Program-made: the position numbers and the translations under genes
Assembly: GCA_000002435.2 (NCBI GenBank)
Contig: CM018793.1
Reading direction: 5' to 3' (one strand)
DNA length: 64,000 bases
From: Giardia intestinalis
Lineage: Eukaryota
Notes under the pieces: generated by a model
What the model saw: only the letters and a program-made list of their open reading frames with translations
Database searches by the model: none
What the model was told of the DNA's origin: nothing
Part shown: positions 1 through 11,290 of the stretch, in pieces
Layout of the letters: each line of letters starts with the position of its first letter
How positions within the stretch are numbered: the stretch's first letter is position 1

Positions 1-3000
1 GAGATCATGTCGACGCTCACCCTGTGCAGTGCGTCTAGCTCAGTGATGTGTGGGCTCCATCCATCCTCGCATCACATGGTGTGCTTGGGGTGATGCTTCG
101 GTCTGTCGAGGCGTCATCCAAAGCATCACGAGCGATCGGGACCGGTTCGCCGTTAGGCCGTCTCTCTCTACAACCGGCGCCCGTCTACTCGAGGGTGTCA
201 GGCACTGCCAGCTGCTGTGGCAGATGCCCGGCAGGTGGCCCAGGTCACCACTCTTCGGTGCGGGCAGGATCAGTCCACTTCTGTCAGCCAGACACTCCAA
301 GGATCCCGACTTGCCTGTCGAGGGATTCACATGGGTCACGTGTGGGTCCATCCTGGCCAGCTTGGCGAGTGATTGGTGCCATCACTGGCTTCGGCCCTCG
401 GTTGTCTTGGGGGATCCTTGAGACCGGCCAGGAAGGAGGCCTCCTGCCCCTCAGTGCTCCTACACCCAGTGCTGACCGTCAAGCCATGTTGCTTCGCCAG
501 GCCTGTCGCCTCTGTGACTGTCCCCATCGCGTCACTGTCGTCAATATAGACACTGAGTGGGGCATCTCCTTCAGTTCCTGGTGAGCAGGTTCTGTACCAC
601 GCCGCACAGAAGCATGCGCAGGGCCCTGAGGGACCGAGTCCAGATACCTCGTGTGTCGCGGCCGAAGGAAGGCCTCGACGCAGCTCCTCGGGATGAGGGG
701 TACACTTGCCTGGGCGAGGCCGTCTGCTGTTGGGGCTCTCGTTATGTCGAGCAAGACCGCTGTGCCCATCAGTCTGCGTCTCCCTGCACCGTGCGAACGC
801 CGCCCATGTACATCCAGTGGAACGCAGTCTGCTAGGTCTCGAGGAAGGCCAGGGTCTGGGTCTCCAAGCGGCTCGGGACTACCTTGTGAAGCGAATCATG
901 ATCGTCTGCTGATCGTGGTTGTCCTGTCCCATTCTTGGGGAAGGGCCAGGCGGAACCGTACGGAGCACGCATCCCATCCTATGGATCGCACTGAGGATCT
1001 CGTTGAAGGCCTGTTTAGGGGCCCCGGAACGCCTGCACCCGGATGGACTCGCCAGCGCAGGCCCGGGGACTTCGAGCCCCGCGGACTGGCCGTCCGTGCT
1101 CTCCGATGGCTGAGGGGGCTCTTGTCTCTCAGGGGCCAGGCCGTCCTGATCCGGCCCTCTGGATAGCAAGGTGCTGGTCGTCGGTGGCGCTGTCAGGGTG
1201 CAGCTCCCCCTCGAGGCGAGGCAGAGGCTGCAGGCCGGGCAGTAGGATGGTGATGCCGCTCCTCCGCTTCCCCGCTGTGTGAGCGAGGCGCGTCTCCTCG
1301 GCTCTCGACTGGAGCTCTGCGGGGTGGTAGGTACCCTCCCCTGAGCACGTTCGCACGACGGGTGCTGAAGAGGACGTCCTTCTCTATCCCCGTTGCCCCA
1401 CTCAGTAGCACCCTACATCCGGTGTCTGTGCTGTAGTGCGTCTGGACGGCCTCGCCGCGGAGGGTCTTCGCGCAGGACAGGCACGTGCTCTTCCGCTCCT
1501 ACTACTTTGGCGTTCGCCCGGTGCCGCTCCAGCGCAGAGTGCTCCTCTCCGTCAGGTTCCTAAGGTCCTCGTTCTCGCTGTGATACCTGATCTATCCCTC
1601 TTGAGGGGTGGGGTTCACGGTGCACTGGTGCGTGTCCGGGGCGACGTCTCCCTTGTAGAGTTCTGCAGGTTCCACGACCCTCTGGGGATAGCCAGCGACT
1701 GGGACCCCTGTTTGAGGCTAGGGCTGGCCTGGCTCCACCGGGCCGCGAACAACTCAAGGGCGCTCTGGTGTTGCTGGTCTCTCAACCGCACAGACTTGGC
1801 CTGTCCTGGCAGATAGTTGGGGTCGTCCCTGAGCGCCTCCGAGGAGTCTGGGAAGCGCTCCGGTCCGATGCTTTCTGTCCGGGGCATCATGGCAGGCAAT
1901 GGTGAGGGCCCACGCGGGACACCGCGCTCGGGCGCCGAGACCTGGTGCGTGGGCTGGCACCGTCTGTCTGTCGCAAGGCTGCAGAAGGAGCTCAGACGGA
2001 GAGGGTTTCCCAAACGTGTTGCTCGAGGCCCTTCGAGAGTCGAAGGAGGCGTGATAGGAGACGCAGAAGTGGCCGAGTGGCTCCTCGTGCTGTGGATGAT
2101 GTAGGAGGTCCTCAAGGGTACAGGCCCGTAAGTGAACTCCGACATTCGTGAGCCAGTTCGTATAGTCAGTGATTGACCCTGTCGGGGCCAGGTGGTCTCC
2201 TGGAGAAACGGTCATTGAGAGCCTTGCCACCACGCAATCGTTCTTTGACACAGGGAGGTTCGGTGGGGGGAAGAGAATGTGGGAGTTCCCTTACTCTCGT
2301 CTCCTGGCCTCTTCGTTCACGTTGCTGGGCGCTTTCTTGGCGTTTCGCTCCAGGGTCCTAGGGACCTTCCTCAGTGGCGCCTCATGGGAGCAGTCGCGGA
2401 TTTATTGCTTACTGGGGACTGGACATCGGGGCCGTCAGCTTTCTGTTTGGGCTTCTTCTCCCGCCGGAACTGGACGACGTCTGATTTCTGAACTCTGGGT
2501 TCAGGTCTTGGCTGGAAGCAAGCAAAGGCCTGCTTGCCTAAGGTGGTGGTGGCTTGCACGGGAAGATCACACTCAGACAGCAGGTGACAACCTCACCCCA
2601 ATGAAACAGAGAGAGTAAACCTTTTATAATAAAGAACTAGCCTTCATTATCATCGGCCGCTCGCTGTGGGGCGTGGTGCAGCGGGAGCATACTGACACTT
2701 GACATATTTGGCCGGTTTCCGGTTGTTGAGTCACGACCCGGGTTCGACTCCCGGCGCCTCAGTTGTTCGCCTTTTCCCCTTCTGTCCTTTCTCCGCATCC
2801 CTGAGAGGCCACGTTTTAATCTTATTAACCTTAATAGGTGCCCAGTCCACAGGTCGGCGCCTCTGCATGCGGCGAGAAGGCTACTAGAAATCGCCGGTAA
2901 TGCCGATCATTCCAACCTGCTCTATGGCGCGGCGGTAGCAGAGCCTGTCTGCGCCACGGCCACCCATCACATCGCAAATTGCGACTACTCGTTAAGGAGC

Positions 3001-3595
3001 AGCGCTTCTGGAAGTATGTTTGCATGGAAGTGGCCACGCTGCAATGATCTCAAGTCCCTAGGATTGCTCTCTTTTCAGGACAGAACAAAGTTACGGAAGA
3101 TGAAGCCAGATATGCTGATGAATTCTGCAACAGACCCCTTGTGTCTGTAAGCAAAGCATCGACACCTATGTGCTCTGGGCATTGTGATATGAGGCGTAGA
3201 AAAGCCGCAATGCATCCCAAGTCACGGTGTATTGCTCTCGAACTGCCCGCTTAGTTACTCCACGACGTGAGGTAACATATGGCTCTTCACGCTTATATAC
3301 TAATCGGTGTAAAGTCGCGCTACAGAACCTCTGCGCTAATGTTGGCGATCTCCTAAAACCGCAACCCACCAGTTGAGGCAGCGAGCCTGAAAGCCAGACC
3401 ACCATGGTATCCCGGCGTGTGCTGTGTGCCGCTTGCTGAGGCTTTCACTATGGATTCTGTGCTCAAGTGGAATCGTACTCACCTTTACTTTGAGCCGGCC
3501 GAGACTCCGTGCCCTAGCCACTGCAGGCTAGAATAGTACCCCGTCGGCCGGCCGGGCGGAGAGCACCTAGCTACATGAGTCGTTGCCTTAGAGAA
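1..3595 (+). repeat. Left arm of a ~3.6 kb near-perfect inverted repeat. It is GC-rich with no credible ORF and is truncated by the window start, so it may extend further left.
   Basis: The six-frame ORF track is mirror-symmetric. For example 40-351(-) matches 10277-10588(+), 48-584(+) matches 10044-10580(-), and 2169-2618(+) matches 8009-8458(-), with identical translations. Direct comparison shows reverse-complement identity from pos 1/10627 to 3595/7031. The only difference found is a 1-bp indel near 1245/9375. ORFs are overlapping and multi-frame, as expected for GC-rich non-coding DNA. Confidence 0.95.
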
Positions 3596-3796
3596 TTGGT
3601 ATACTGCTTTGTTCAGTCATTCTTACTACTTTGTCGTTTTCAAGTAAAACATGCTTTAAATGGCTCTGGTAATTGTAATGTGTTCCCAACCGTAAATATT
3701 ACTTGTTAGCTTTCATTTTCGCAAGTATCTAGCTTCGACATTTTTGTACCATTACCATCGAAAATAATTTGAGTAGCTTTGCTTTCATAAAAATCC

Positions 3797-6700
3797 ATGA
3801 CAATGCACGACCCTGACCAGCTGAGTCAACCAACTGAACCCCTACGAGTGGACCAATGTAATCCTGTGGCGTGCGGTGTCATTGGAACTGTTTATTCTCT
3901 TAAAAATTATCCTGACGCTGTGGTCAGGGAAATCAAAATCGGCGACCTTCCTCCGGATATTATGACAGCTTTGGAGACAGAAATAGACATTCTGCCTCGA
4001 CTCGCACATCAAAACGTGCTTGAGTATCATCAAGTTTTAACAGCCAAGGATGTAGTCTACATTTGCTTACCCCGTTATTGTTGGACCCTCTCTGCAATAA
4101 TTGCTATTTCCGATATAAAAAACAAGCGTTTTTCCGAGCAGACTGTCTGCATTATATTTGGTCAGATTGCTTCTGCTCTGGCATATCTCCACGATCCAAA
4201 TAAATGTGATATCAAGGGAAATCCCCTCCCAGTCTTTATTCACCAGGATCTCAAGCCAGACAGTATCTTGGTCAGCGCAGACGAAACTCAATATGTTATT
4301 ACAGACTTTGGATTCTGTAGAGAAGACCTAGATAGAGGATCTGTTGTTTTGGGTGTGCCTGAATATGCTGCTCCCGAGGCGCTTATTCTTAAAAAGTATA
4401 CTTCTGCCTCTGATGTATGGAGCTTAGGCTGTATTGTTTATGAACTTATAACTTTAAAAAGGCCTAACTTTGTAGGAACTCGCAAACCAGCCGAAGTTTT
4501 TGTCGATGATTGGAGTCCTAACTTAAGTGCTATCAAGAGTACGTTTCTGAAAGAAATGCTCAGACGCATTTTTGTTGTTAAGCCTGAAAATCGTGTCTCG
4601 GCTAAGGAGCTTGCAGAAATACTTGAGACGTGGAAAAGCTCACGCTATATAATTAGAGAGCTTAAGCACAAGGAGCAACAAATAAAGTGGAATCAGATGC
4701 TCATCGATCGTTCTAAGAGATTAGAGGAAAATTGCAGACAGTTGAAAGCAACGCTAGAAGATTCCAAAGCAGAAGTTAGAAACCAAATAGATACTATAGC
4801 TAAACTTGAAAACCAGAGTAACGAGTCTTCTTTGAGAATTAAACTATTGGAAAAGGAGATTGCTACCTTGAGAAGAACTATAGCATATCTAAGTCCCACT
4901 ACTGAAAGCGCCTCGTCAACTACTCTTATAGATGCTGTGAAAAACAATAGTATTGATTCAGTTAAGTCATTGGTCCAAAACTTAGAAGGACTTGGCCTCC
5001 GTGACGCTACGGATACGACAACTCTTATGTGCGCTGTTCACCAAGGAAAGTCTGAACTTGTTGAGCTTTTGGCAACTCTAAAAATGGGACTGCAGGATAA
5101 TAATGATAGAAATTCTCTTATGCATACTGCGATTCATGATTATCTCCAGGTTTCCAAGATTCTTCTCCCACATGAAACAGAGATTAAAGATGGCAACAAT
5201 AACACAGCCGCGATTCTCACTGCAAAGGAAAGGCATGGAGATATTGTGGATCTTTTCACTTTCTTGAACAAGGATGGTACTACAGCGCTTATGCAGGCAG
5301 TGCTACAAAATAATATTAAAGCAATAGATGTCCTCATTCCCCTCCAAAAGGGCGCCAGAGATAATAAGGGCATGACGGCACTAATGTATGCTGCTGCGAA
5401 TGGTCATACAGATGCCGTGCGTTTTCTTCTTGAGTACGAGAAAGGAATAAAGGACAAAAATGGTCATAATGCACTTTGCCATGCTCTTAAAAATAATCAC
5501 CTAGAAATTGCTAATAGTATTCTTCAGCATGATGATCCTACTGACACCGAAGGAGTTACAGCACTTATGCGAGCAGCCGCGAATAACAATGTAGCAATTG
5601 CAAGGCTACTTTTGCCAATACAAAAATGCCTAAAAGACAATAAGGGAGCAACTGCACTCATGCACGCAGCTAAAGCAGGTAGACTAGAGATGGTTGACTT
5701 GCTCGCTGAGTACGAGTCCAAGTGCAGGGATAATAATGGTCAGACCGCACTTATGTATGCAGCTTCTAATGGCTATTTTCAAGCAACTAAGGCTCTTCTA
5801 AAGTACGAGGTACAAATGAAGGATAATTATAATAACACTGCGCTCTCCTTGGCTATTAAACACAGACACACAGAGATAACTAAGCTTCTTCTTTGGTACG
5901 AAAACGATCCTTCTTGGACTGCTCTCATGTGCGCTGCGGTTACTGGTGATTTTGAAACAGCTAGGAGGCATATCAGTGAAAGAGATCTAGTGGACAATAA
6001 TGGGAGAACAGCTTTAGATCTTGCTAAGGAAGCAGGACATGGATCAGTTATTGAAATTCTTGACCATCTGGATGAAAAGGGTTTTACAGCTCTCATGCGG
6101 GCTGCTGCGCAAGGAGACCTGGATATGGTAAAGGTTCTCATTCCTGTTCAGAAGGGCATGCAAACTGTTACAGATGGAGAATGCTCTTGTAAAAATGATA
6201 AGTACTGGTTCAATAAGGGCACAACGGCACTTATGCTTGCTGCCCACTATGGTCATGTAGACATTGTAAAGGAGCTTGTGAAGCATGAGTACAATGTGCA
6301 CGATACTCGTGGCCGAACTGCTCTCATGATAGCCGCTGCATGGGGGAAGATTAATGTTGTAAGGGATCTTATACCTTTTCAAAAAGGGATGCAAACCACT
6401 GGTGATGGAGAATACGAAGCTGGGGAGCAGGGATTTTGGTTTAATAAAGGCTCTACAGCACTTATATTTGCCTCAAGACATTGCAGACTAAACGTTATCA
6501 AAGAACTTATAGAACATGAAAGCCGAATGCATGATGAGTTTGGTGGAACCGCTCTCATGTGGGCTGCACGACATGGACACACCCAAGCTATTTCACTCCT
6601 AATGGAGAGGGAAGGTCGAATGCAGAATGAACGAGGGTGGACAGCTCTGATGTGGGCTGTGCATAGTATTAAGTTAGAGGCTGTGAAGCTACTAATAGAG

Positions 6701-6907
6701 TATGAAAAGGGAATGAAGAGTACACGTGAATCAGAAACTATTCAGCATAATTCAAGCAGTCTTTCTGTTATTTTCAATGTAATACCGGACTCCTTTCCCT
6801 CGGGCTCAACAGCACTTGCGATAGCTAAGAAATGCAGCAAACTATTCGTTGGAAATTATCACCCCATTATCAATCTTCTTTCTCAGTATCCTGAAGAACG
6901 TTATTAG
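3797..6907 (+). CDS. Protein kinase with a C-terminal ankyrin-repeat domain (Giardia NEK-kinase / Protein 21.1 type). It is the sole gene in the unique core between the inverted-repeat arms.
   Basis: The N-terminal kinase domain shows a catalytic loop HQDLKPDSILV, ITDFGFC (DFG), YAAPE and DVWSLGCIVYEL. A coiled-coil segment follows (aa ~290-360). Then come ~19 ankyrin repeats with TALMxAAxxGH motifs. An A-rich element (ataaaaatcc) sits immediately 5' of the ATG. Confidence 0.9.
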   Translation: MTMHDPDQLSQPTEPLRVDQCNPVACGVIGTVYSLKNYPDAVVREIKIGDLPPDIMTALETEIDILPRLAHQNVLEYHQVLTAKDVVYICLPRYCWTLSAIIAISDIKNKRFSEQTVCIIFGQIASALAYLHDPNKCDIKGNPLPVFIHQDLKPDSILVSADETQYVITDFGFCREDLDRGSVVLGVPEYAAPEALILKKYTSASDVWSLGCIVYELITLKRPNFVGTRKPAEVFVDDWSPNLSAIKSTFLKEMLRRIFVVKPENRVSAKELAEILETWKSSRYIIRELKHKEQQIKWNQMLIDRSKRLEENCRQLKATLEDSKAEVRNQIDTIAKLENQSNESSLRIKLLEKEIATLRRTIAYLSPTTESASSTTLIDAVKNNSIDSVKSLVQNLEGLGLRDATDTTTLMCAVHQGKSELVELLATLKMGLQDNNDRNSLMHTAIHDYLQVSKILLPHETEIKDGNNNTAAILTAKERHGDIVDLFTFLNKDGTTALMQAVLQNNIKAIDVLIPLQKGARDNKGMTALMYAAANGHTDAVRFLLEYEKGIKDKNGHNALCHALKNNHLEIANSILQHDDPTDTEGVTALMRAAANNNVAIARLLLPIQKCLKDNKGATALMHAAKAGRLEMVDLLAEYESKCRDNNGQTALMYAASNGYFQATKALLKYEVQMKDNYNNTALSLAIKHRHTEITKLLLWYENDPSWTALMCAAVTGDFETARRHISERDLVDNNGRTALDLAKEAGHGSVIEILDHLDEKGFTALMRAAAQGDLDMVKVLIPVQKGMQTVTDGECSCKNDKYWFNKGTTALMLAAHYGHVDIVKELVKHEYNVHDTRGRTALMIAAAWGKINVVRDLIPFQKGMQTTGDGEYEAGEQGFWFNKGSTALIFASRHCRLNVIKELIEHESRMHDEFGGTALMWAARHGHTQAISLLMEREGRMQNERGWTALMWAVHSIKLEAVKLLIEYEKGMKSTRESETIQHNSSSLSVIFNVIPDSFPSGSTALAIAKKCSKLFVGNYHPIINLLSQYPEERY

Positions 6908-7030
6908 CCTTTTCGATAGCAGCGTCAATCCTCCACTTCGAGACATCAAAAAACATGCTGAGTTCGTTAGCTTTGGTTTCTCTGCCTTTATTAAAGCTAT
7001 AGCACATTTAAATAGAGAAGTGTTGAAGTA

Positions 7031-10000
7031 GTTCTCTAAGGCAACGACTCATGTAGCTAGGTGCTCTCCGCCCGGCCGGCCGACGGGGTACTATTCTAGC
7101 CTGCAGTGGCTAGGGCACGGAGTCTCGGCCGGCTCAAAGTAAAGGTGAGTACGATTCCACTTGAGCACAGAATCCATAGTGAAAGCCTCAGCAAGCGGCA
7201 CACAGCACACGCCGGGATACCATGGTGGTCTGGCTTTCAGGCTCGCTGCCTCAACTGGTGGGTTGCGGTTTTAGGAGATCGCCAACATTAGCGCAGAGGT
7301 TCTGTAGCGCGACTTTACACCGATTAGTATATAAGCGTGAAGAGCCATATGTTACCTCACGTCGTGGAGTAACTAAGCGGGCAGTTCGAGAGCAATACAC
7401 CGTGACTTGGGATGCATTGCGGCTTTTCTACGCCTCATATCACAATGCCCAGAGCACATAGGTGTCGATGCTTTGCTTACAGACACAAGGGGTCTGTTGC
7501 AGAATTCATCAGCATATCTGGCTTCATCTTCCGTAACTTTGTTCTGTCCTGAAAAGAGAGCAATCCTAGGGACTTGAGATCATTGCAGCGTGGCCACTTC
7601 CATGCAAACATACTTCCAGAAGCGCTGCTCCTTAACGAGTAGTCGCAATTTGCGATGTGATGGGTGGCCGTGGCGCAGACAGGCTCTGCTACCGCCGCGC
7701 CATAGAGCAGGTTGGAATGATCGGCATTACCGGCGATTTCTAGTAGCCTTCTCGCCGCATGCAGAGGCGCCGACCTGTGGACTGGGCACCTATTAAGGTT
7801 AATAAGATTAAAACGTGGCCTCTCAGGGATGCGGAGAAAGGACAGAAGGGGAAAAGGCGAACAACTGAGGCGCCGGGAGTCGAACCCGGGTCGTGACTCA
7901 ACAACCGGAAACCGGCCAAATATGTCAAGTGTCAGTATGCTCCCGCTGCACCACGCCCCACAGCGAGCGGCCGATGATAATGAAGGCTAGTTCTTTATTA
8001 TAAAAGGTTTACTCTCTCTGTTTCATTGGGGTGAGGTTGTCACCTGCTGTCTGAGTGTGATCTTCCCGTGCAAGCCACCACCACCTTAGGCAAGCAGGCC
8101 TTTGCTTGCTTCCAGCCAAGACCTGAACCCAGAGTTCAGAAATCAGACGTCGTCCAGTTCCGGCGGGAGAAGAAGCCCAAACAGAAAGCTGACGGCCCCG
8201 ATGTCCAGTCCCCAGTAAGCAATAAATCCGCGACTGCTCCCATGAGGCGCCACTGAGGAAGGTCCCTAGGACCCTGGAGCGAAACGCCAAGAAAGCGCCC
8301 AGCAACGTGAACGAAGAGGCCAGGAGACGAGAGTAAGGGAACTCCCACATTCTCTTCCCCCCACCGAACCTCCCTGTGTCAAAGAACGATTGCGTGGTGG
8401 CAAGGCTCTCAATGACCGTTTCTCCAGGAGACCACCTGGCCCCGACAGGGTCAATCACTGACTATACGAACTGGCTCACGAATGTCGGAGTTCACTTACG
8501 GGCCTGTACCCTTGAGGACCTCCTACATCATCCACAGCACGAGGAGCCACTCGGCCACTTCTGCGTCTCCTATCACGCCTCCTTCGACTCTCGAAGGGCC
8601 TCGAGCAACACGTTTGGGAAACCCTCTCCGTCTGAGCTCCTTCTGCAGCCTTGCGACAGACAGACGGTGCCAGCCCACGCACCAGGTCTCGGCGCCCGAG
8701 CGCGGTGTCCCGCGTGGGCCCTCACCATTGCCTGCCATGATGCCCCGGACAGAAAGCATCGGACCGGAGCGCTTCCCAGACTCCTCGGAGGCGCTCAGGG
8801 ACGACCCCAACTATCTGCCAGGACAGGCCAAGTCTGTGCGGTTGAGAGACCAGCAACACCAGAGCGCCCTTGAGTTGTTCGCGGCCCGGTGGAGCCAGGC
8901 CAGCCCTAGCCTCAAACAGGGGTCCCAGTCGCTGGCTATCCCCAGAGGGTCGTGGAACCTGCAGAACTCTACAAGGGAGACGTCGCCCCGGACACGCACC
9001 AGTGCACCGTGAACCCCACCCCTCAAGAGGGATAGATCAGGTATCACAGCGAGAACGAGGACCTTAGGAACCTGACGGAGAGGAGCACTCTGCGCTGGAG
9101 CGGCACCGGGCGAACGCCAAAGTAGTAGGAGCGGAAGAGCACGTGCCTGTCCTGCGCGAAGACCCTCCGCGGCGAGGCCGTCCAGACGCACTACAGCACA
9201 GACACCGGATGTAGGGTGCTACTGAGTGGGGCAACGGGGATAGAGAAGGACGTCCTCTTCAGCACCCGTCGTGCGAACGTGCTCAGGGGAGGGTACCTAC
9301 CACCCCGCAGAGCTCCAGTCGAGAGCCGAGGAGACGCGCCTCGCTCACACAGCGGGGAAGCGGAGGAGCGGCATTCACCATCCTACTGCCCGGCCTGCAG
9401 CCTCTGCCTCGCCTCGAGGGGGAGCTGCACCCTGACAGCGCCACCGACGACCAGCACCTTGCTATCCAGAGGGCCGGATCAGGACGGCCTGGCCCCTGAG
9501 AGACAAGAGCCCCCTCAGCCATCGGAGAGCACGGACGGCCAGTCCGCGGGGCTCGAAGTCCCCGGGCCTGCGCTGGCGAGTCCATCCGGGTGCAGGCGTT
9601 CCGGGGCCCCTAAACAGGCCTTCAACGAGATCCTCAGTGCGATCCATAGGATGGGATGCGTGCTCCGTACGGTTCCGCCTGGCCCTTCCCCAAGAATGGG
9701 ACAGGACAACCACGATCAGCAGACGATCATGATTCGCTTCACAAGGTAGTCCCGAGCCGCTTGGAGACCCAGACCCTGGCCTTCCTCGAGACCTAGCAGA
9801 CTGCGTTCCACTGGATGTACATGGGCGGCGTTCGCACGGTGCAGGGAGACGCAGACTGATGGGCACAGCGGTCTTGCTCGACATAACGAGAGCCCCAACA
9901 GCAGACGGCCTCGCCCAGGCAAGTGTACCCCTCATCCCGAGGAGCTGCGTCGAGGCCTTCCTTCGGCCGCGACACACGAGGTATCTGGACTCGGTCCCTC

Positions 10001-10627
10001 AGGGCCCTGCGCATGCTTCTGTGCGGCGTGGTACAGAACCTGCTCACCAGGAACTGAAGGAGATGCCCCACTCAGTGTCTATATTGACGACAGTGACGCG
10101 ATGGGGACAGTCACAGAGGCGACAGGCCTGGCGAAGCAACATGGCTTGACGGTCAGCACTGGGTGTAGGAGCACTGAGGGGCAGGAGGCCTCCTTCCTGG
10201 CCGGTCTCAAGGATCCCCCAAGACAACCGAGGGCCGAAGCCAGTGATGGCACCAATCACTCGCCAAGCTGGCCAGGATGGACCCACACGTGACCCATGTG
10301 AATCCCTCGACAGGCAAGTCGGGATCCTTGGAGTGTCTGGCTGACAGAAGTGGACTGATCCTGCCCGCACCGAAGAGTGGTGACCTGGGCCACCTGCCGG
10401 GCATCTGCCACAGCAGCTGGCAGTGCCTGACACCCTCGAGTAGACGGGCGCCGGTTGTAGAGAGAGACGGCCTAACGGCGAACCGGTCCCGATCGCTCGT
10501 GATGCTTTGGATGACGCCTCGACAGACCGAAGCATCACCCCAAGCACACCATGTGATGCGAGGATGGATGGAGCCCACACATCACTGAGCTAGACGCACT
10601 GCACAGGGTGAGCGTCGACATGATCTC
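7031..10627 (-). repeat. Right arm of the ~3.6 kb inverted repeat. It is the reverse complement of 1-3595.
   Basis: Reverse-complement identity to the left arm is verified at both junctions. The inner boundary reads ...gccttagagaa, after which the arms diverge. The outer boundary reaches the equivalent of window position 1. There is one extra A relative to the left arm near 9375. Confidence 0.95.
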
Positions 10628-11143
10628 GTGCTGAGTGACGGACCACCTGCAAGAGCGCACTGCGATCCATGAGCAGAGGGCCGAGCCTCTTCCCCGACAC
10701 AACACATGGGAGTGCTCCATCGACATCCACAAACGCGTACTATGACTCCAAGATAGAGGCGCACGGGGAGCGCACCCTCTGATCATACTCGGGACCGATG
10801 ATACAATCCGTGAGAAGACGAAGAAGCACCTCGAAGAACTAGAGGTTGATATCCCGAAGTTCATGGCATGCGATCTTCATCATAGAGAACCAAGACCTTG
10901 GAGTACATGACCAGGGTCAGCTGCTCCCTCAAGGCCAAGCTTGCCGTCGCGACTGACGCAGGACCCTGAGATAGTGTGTGCTCACTGGTGCCAAACGGTA
11001 GTGACCCCGACGAGCCAAAGGATGGGATGAATCCTCAGAAGACACCGCGAGAAGCAGCAGAGACTCCCGAGCGGCAGAACAAAACTTCTTCTCCTCCTGC
11101 CGAGATCGAAGACATCCGATCTCAGACTTCAGATTTCAATTTC

Positions 11144-11171
11144 TGGATTCTGGATTGTGGATTGTGGATCT
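11144..11171. repeat. Short tandem repeat (TGGATTN)x4
   Basis: The sequence reads tggattc tggattg tggattg tggatct. Confidence 0.8.
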
Positions 11172-11204
11172 CAGCCATGCAAGGGTGGGAGATACCCGCT
11201 TGCC

Positions 11205-11290
11205 CAGGGTGGCGGTGGCTTGCGTGGAAAGATCACAGACCCTATTTCTTTATTATGGTTTTTAGTGGCTGCTCGCTCGGTCTTCCTCAA
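11205..11290 (+). repeat. Diverged, shortened third copy of an arm segment. It is homologous to left-arm 2536-2690 and lies in left-arm orientation.
   Basis: The arm segment ctgcttgcctaaggtggtggtggcttgcacgggaagatcaca aligns to ccgcttgcccagggtggcggtggcttgcgtggaaagatcaca at about 85% identity. A downstream ...ttttataataaag...ggccgctcgctgtgg aligns to tttctttattatgg...ggctgctcgctcggt with an internal deletion. Confidence 0.55.

Noticed and set aside
2738-2754. A tRNA-like T-arm (CCGGG-TTCGACT-CCCGG) lies inside the inverted-repeat arm. Its mirror copy is at 7873-7889.
   Set aside because: No complementary acceptor stem is present, because TGAGGCG is absent upstream. No 5-bp anticodon stem with a 7-nt loop can be drawn. 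The only nearby hairpin has a 3-nt loop. This is probably a chance match or a decayed tRNA-derived fragment.
1-3595. The GC-rich arms could be rDNA, since diplomonad rDNA is very GC-rich.
   Set aside because: None of the universal SSU/LSU core motifs is present on either strand. The motifs checked were GTGCCAGCAGCCGCGGTAA, ACACACCGCCCGTC, GGATTAGATACCC and AAACTTAAAGGAATTGACGG.
5827-6582. Several minus-strand ORFs with repeated ...AAHMRAV... peptides lie inside the kinase/ankyrin gene. Similar + strand ORFs at 60234-62141 lie inside the 871-aa ankyrin gene.
   Set aside because: These are reverse-frame readings of the TALMxAA ankyrin repeats. They are artefacts of the repeat periodicity.
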